60,810 bases of DNA from Bacteroidota bacterium (lineage in GTDB: Bacteria; Bacteroidota; Bacteroidia; Bacteroidales; Dysgonomonadaceae). Of this stretch, positions 58,204-60,810 are shown one piece after another (position 1 is the first letter of the stretch; each line of letters starts with the position of its first letter). A model generated the notes under the pieces. That model worked only from the letters and a program-made list of their open reading frames with translations. It was not told the DNA's origin and ran no database searches. The stretch is from NCBI GenBank assembly GCA_023418255.1, contig JAEZZZ010000032.1, positions 1 through 60,810 on the forward strand. Reading direction: 5' to 3'. The position numbers were made by a program, and so were the translations under genes.

Positions 58204-59703
58204 TTATAATTCATTTATTGATGTTGATGCTAAAAATGTTTTCGTTTTTTGTATCTCTTCATACATGATTTTGTCTTCTTCTACAAAAGCTACATTTTGA
58301 CGATATCGTTCAATAAAATTCTCAATGGTTGGCGAAGATTTCAGCGGACGTCGAAATTCCAATGCTTGTGCAGCATTCATCAGTTCTATGGCAAGTATAA
58401 GATGTAAGTTTTCAATAATTTTTTTCAGTTTAATGGCTGCCGTAGCCCCCATGCTCACATGGTCTTCTTGTCCGTTGGACGAAACAATGGAATCGCTGCT
58501 GGCAGCATGACAATACATTTTATTTTGACTTACAAGCGAGGCCGCCACGTATTGCGGTATCATGAAGCCGGAATTGAGTCCGGGATTGGCAACAAGAAAC
58601 TCGGGCAAGCCTCGTTTGCCCAATATCAATTGTGCTGTCCTTCGTTCCGATATATTTCCCAACTCGGCAAGAGCAATGGCAAGAAAATCAAACACCAATG
58701 CCAAGGGTTGTCCATGAAAATTACCACCGGAAATCACAGCGTCGTCATCAGGGAACACCATCGGATTGTCTGTTACAGAATTTATTTCGGTCAAGAGAAC
58801 CGATTTCACATAGGCGATGGTGTCTTTTGTCGCGCCGTGCACTTGCGGGACGCAACGAAACGAATAAGGGTCTTGCACATGTTTTTTCGAGCGTGTAATC
58901 AAGCTGCTCCCTTCAAGGAATTTACGGATATTTTGTGCCGTCTCCAATTGCCCAATGTGCGGTCGAATAAGATGCAGTTTCTCATCAAAGGGTGAAAGCA
59001 GTCCATCGTAAGCATCCAATGATATGGCGGCAACAAAATCGGCTCGGTACGAAATCTTTTCTGCTTCCAGAATTGCCCACACGCCATGTGCCGACATAAA
59101 TTGTGTGCCGTTAAGCAACGCTAATCCCTCTTTACTCATCAAACGAATAGGTTCCCATCCGCACTGTTTGAAAAGGTCGGCCGCTTGCCGTTTTTCGCCT
59201 TTGTAGCGCACTTCGCCTTTCCCGATTAGAGGCAGAAAAAGGTTTGCCAACGGTGCTAAATCACCCGACGCGCCTAGCGAACCTTTGTCGTACACAATTG
59301 GCAAAATATCGTTGTTAAACATGTCAATCATTCGTTGAACGGTTTCGACCTGCACCCCACTGTATCCAAGTGACAGCGCATGTGCTTTGAGCAGGAGCAT
59401 CAGTCGAACGATTGTTGGCTCCACCTCGTCGCCCACACTGCATGCATGCGACATTACCAAGTTTTCTTGCAATGTGCTCAAATCCTCTTTACCGATGGTG
59501 CGGTCGCACAACGAACCAAAACCGGTGCTGACACCATATATCGGTGCCGATTGTGTCTCCATTTTTTTATCCAGATAGTGGCGGCATTTGCGAATACGCT
59601 CTTTCGCCTCCGGCGACAATTCTACTTTGACGTTGTTATCGATAACGCGTTCCAAGTCCTCAAATGTTAGCTCTTCGGAACCGATATAATAGATATTCTT
59701 CAT
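58204..59703 (-). CDS. hutH: histidine ammonia-lyase
   Basis: MIO-forming GSLGASGDLAPLA motif, and full-length collinearity with HutH. Confidence 0.95.
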   Translation of the reverse strand: MKNIYYIGSEELTFEDLERVIDNNVKVELSPEAKERIRKCRHYLDKKMETQSAPIYGVSTGFGSLCDRTIGKEDLSTLQENLVMSHACSVGDEVEPTIVRLMLLLKAHALSLGYSGVQVETVQRMIDMFNNDILPIVYDKGSLGASGDLAPLANLFLPLIGKGEVRYKGEKRQAADLFKQCGWEPIRLMSKEGLALLNGTQFMSAHGVWAILEAEKISYRADFVAAISLDAYDGLLSPFDEKLHLIRPHIGQLETAQNIRKFLEGSSLITRSKKHVQDPYSFRCVPQVHGATKDTIAYVKSVLLTEINSVTDNPMVFPDDDAVISGGNFHGQPLALVFDFLAIALAELGNISERRTAQLILGKRGLPEFLVANPGLNSGFMIPQYVAASLVSQNKMYCHAASSDSIVSSNGQEDHVSMGATAAIKLKKIIENLHLILAIELMNAAQALEFRRPLKSSPTIENFIERYRQNVAFVEEDKIMYEEIQKTKTFLASTSINEL

Positions 59704-59734
59704 AGTTGTAATAGAAGCAATTCGTTTTGTTTTT

Positions 59735-60361
59735 TTAGAGTTGTTGTTTTACCCAATTCACTAATTCTTGTTCTTTAGCAAGCGTTTCTTTCTCTATGAG
59801 GTCGCACTTATCGGCAAGTTTTTCTACAAATGCCTCATCTTTTAAGGCCCCCAAATTGATGCGCACATTGAGCAATGCGCCCAAAACGGCAGTGCGGCAC
59901 GTCATCATGGCAACACAACCATCGGTTATCGCATTTTGATTACCCTTGCGTGTGGTTTCGGCTATCTTTTCCAGCGTCTGAAATGCGCGCTCGGCGACTT
60001 CCATCGGCACAATTGCCGCCATTTTTGTTGCCTCTTGAATTTTCTCGCTACGATGTGCTTTTTGTTCGTCTGTCTCTTTTGGCAATTTAAACGCGTCAAA
60101 GACCAAATTGTAGGCATCCGAGTCGCGGTCGATGTCATTGATAAAGTGCCGGCGCGTGCAATCCATATCGGCTGCTGCTTTTTTCATTTCTTCTTCTACA
60201 TCCGCGTATTTCTTTTTACCGATGGTTAGGTTTGCCAACATTTCCGCCAAAGCCGTGGCCAACGCGCCATGCAATGCCGATACACTACCACCTCCGGGAA
60301 CGGGTTCGTTGCCTGCGGTTTTTTCTAAGAATTGTTTTAGAGTTAAGTCTTGTAGTTTCAT
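59735..60361 (-). CDS. cyclodeaminase/cyclohydrolase-family protein (formimidoyl-THF cyclodeaminase-like)
   Basis: FLEKTAGNEPVPGGGSVSALHGALATALAEM is the FTCD C-terminal-domain signature. It is adjacent to hutH. Confidence 0.85.
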   Translation of the reverse strand: MKLQDLTLKQFLEKTAGNEPVPGGGSVSALHGALATALAEMLANLTIGKKKYADVEEEMKKAAADMDCTRRHFINDIDRDSDAYNLVFDAFKLPKETDEQKAHRSEKIQEATKMAAIVPMEVAERAFQTLEKIAETTRKGNQNAITDGCVAMMTCRTAVLGALLNVRINLGALKDEAFVEKLADKCDLIEKETLAKEQELVNWVKQQL

Positions 60362-60717
60362 AATAGAATATAATTTTTAAGATATTTAGAAACAAAGTAG
60401 CTGAGATTTAATTCTAATGCTCACTTTAAGTCCAAGCAAAAAACAGTTGAATTACGTTTTTTGTAATGAAATGAACTTCTTTTATCCTGCATAGAATCCC
60501 AAATCACTCTAAGTGCAAAAATACAAAATAAATGATTAAATGGAAGTAGAAAACATAATATTTTTAGATTTTCAATTTTAGCGAACAAAAAACAGAACAT
60601 TCTATTGAATATCAGAACAATACACAAAAAAAACAAAGAAATTTCATCATCTGTCGAAGGGGATAATAATTTATGGATATTAGAAAACAATAGTCCGTTA
60701 AAAATTTACTATATGAG

Positions 60718-60810
60718 TCATGCAGCAATGGCTGCAAACTCCACGAGTTCTTTAACAAGTTTATCATTTAATCTTCTGTTCGGTTTTATGCCAGACACGC
60801 AAATAAATCG
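60718..60810 (-). CDS. 3' end (30 codons) of an unidentified gene running off the window
   Basis: My own minus-strand translation gives ...RFICVSGIKPNRRLNDKLVKELVEFAAIAA followed by TGA (plus-strand tca 60718-60720). The frame is open to the window edge. It is too short to identify. Confidence 0.35.
   Translation of the reverse strand, partial: RFICVSGIKPNRRLNDKLVKELVEFAAIAA

Noticed and set aside
58459-58995. A 178-aa plus-strand ORF lies inside hutH. Similar antisense ORFs occur in the cpgS-like gene (9870..10340, 10364..10819), rsmI (7418..7858) and yeiH (24060..24515).
   Set aside because: All are shadow ORFs opposite genes with strong motif support.
60421-60690. An 89-aa minus-strand ORF lies in the gap between the cyclodeaminase gene and the terminal partial gene.
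   Set aside because: The translation is extremely Phe/Leu/Cys/Ile-rich in AT-rich DNA, and it has no ATG-context support or motif. It is probably non-coding, although a small membrane peptide cannot be excluded.

Overview
The window looks like a chromosomal segment from a Bacteroidota, probably Bacteroidales-like, genome. Three things support this: several TAnnTTTG -7 promoter boxes upstream of genes, almost no Shine-Dalgarno signals, and a gene set typical of the phylum. All functional calls come from reading the supplied translations for motifs. No database search was run.

Gene content in order:
- 1-12.3 kb, housekeeping genes: YitT-like protein, mgtE, rsmD plus a DUF3822-like gene, a RecD-like helicase, rsmI, a HAD nucleotidase, a cyclic-2,3-diphosphoglycerate-synthetase-like gene, and flavodoxin plus a DUF2023-like gene.
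- 12.5-12.8 kb: an IS66 tnpB remnant.
- 13.5-21.7 kb, minus strand: a V-type ATPase operon (E, DUF2764/C-like, A, B, D, I, K) with an ORF6N/KilA-N-type gene wedged between B and D.
- 21.9-28.8 kb: a MATE transporter, a YeiH-like transporter, a serine hydrolase, an internally deleted IS1595 remnant in a gene desert, and an M49 dipeptidyl-peptidase III.
- 29.1-35.8 kb: a TetR-TolC-MFP-RND efflux operon with a small trailing gene.
- 35.9-41.7 kb: pncB, a second MATE transporter, gap, and a double-PDZ protein.
- 42.2-51.1 kb: an AT-rich CRISPR-Cas island (see below).
- 51.4-60.8 kb: GH125 and GH92 mannosidases, a two-gene encapsulin/encapsulated-ferritin operon, an MFS transporter, hutH, and a formimino-THF cyclodeaminase-like gene.

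The CRISPR-Cas island is the most interesting region. Its order is a 63-aa ORF, an unrecognisable large subunit, cas7, cas5, cas3, a 173-aa unknown, cas4, cas1, cas2, a leader, and a 3-spacer array. The gene order is type I-B-like. However, there is no cas6, although the repeat ends in the Cas6-type handle ATTGAAAT. The large subunit has no motif I can place. Two extra genes sit inside the operon, and cas4-cas1 differ sharply in base composition from the rest of the island.
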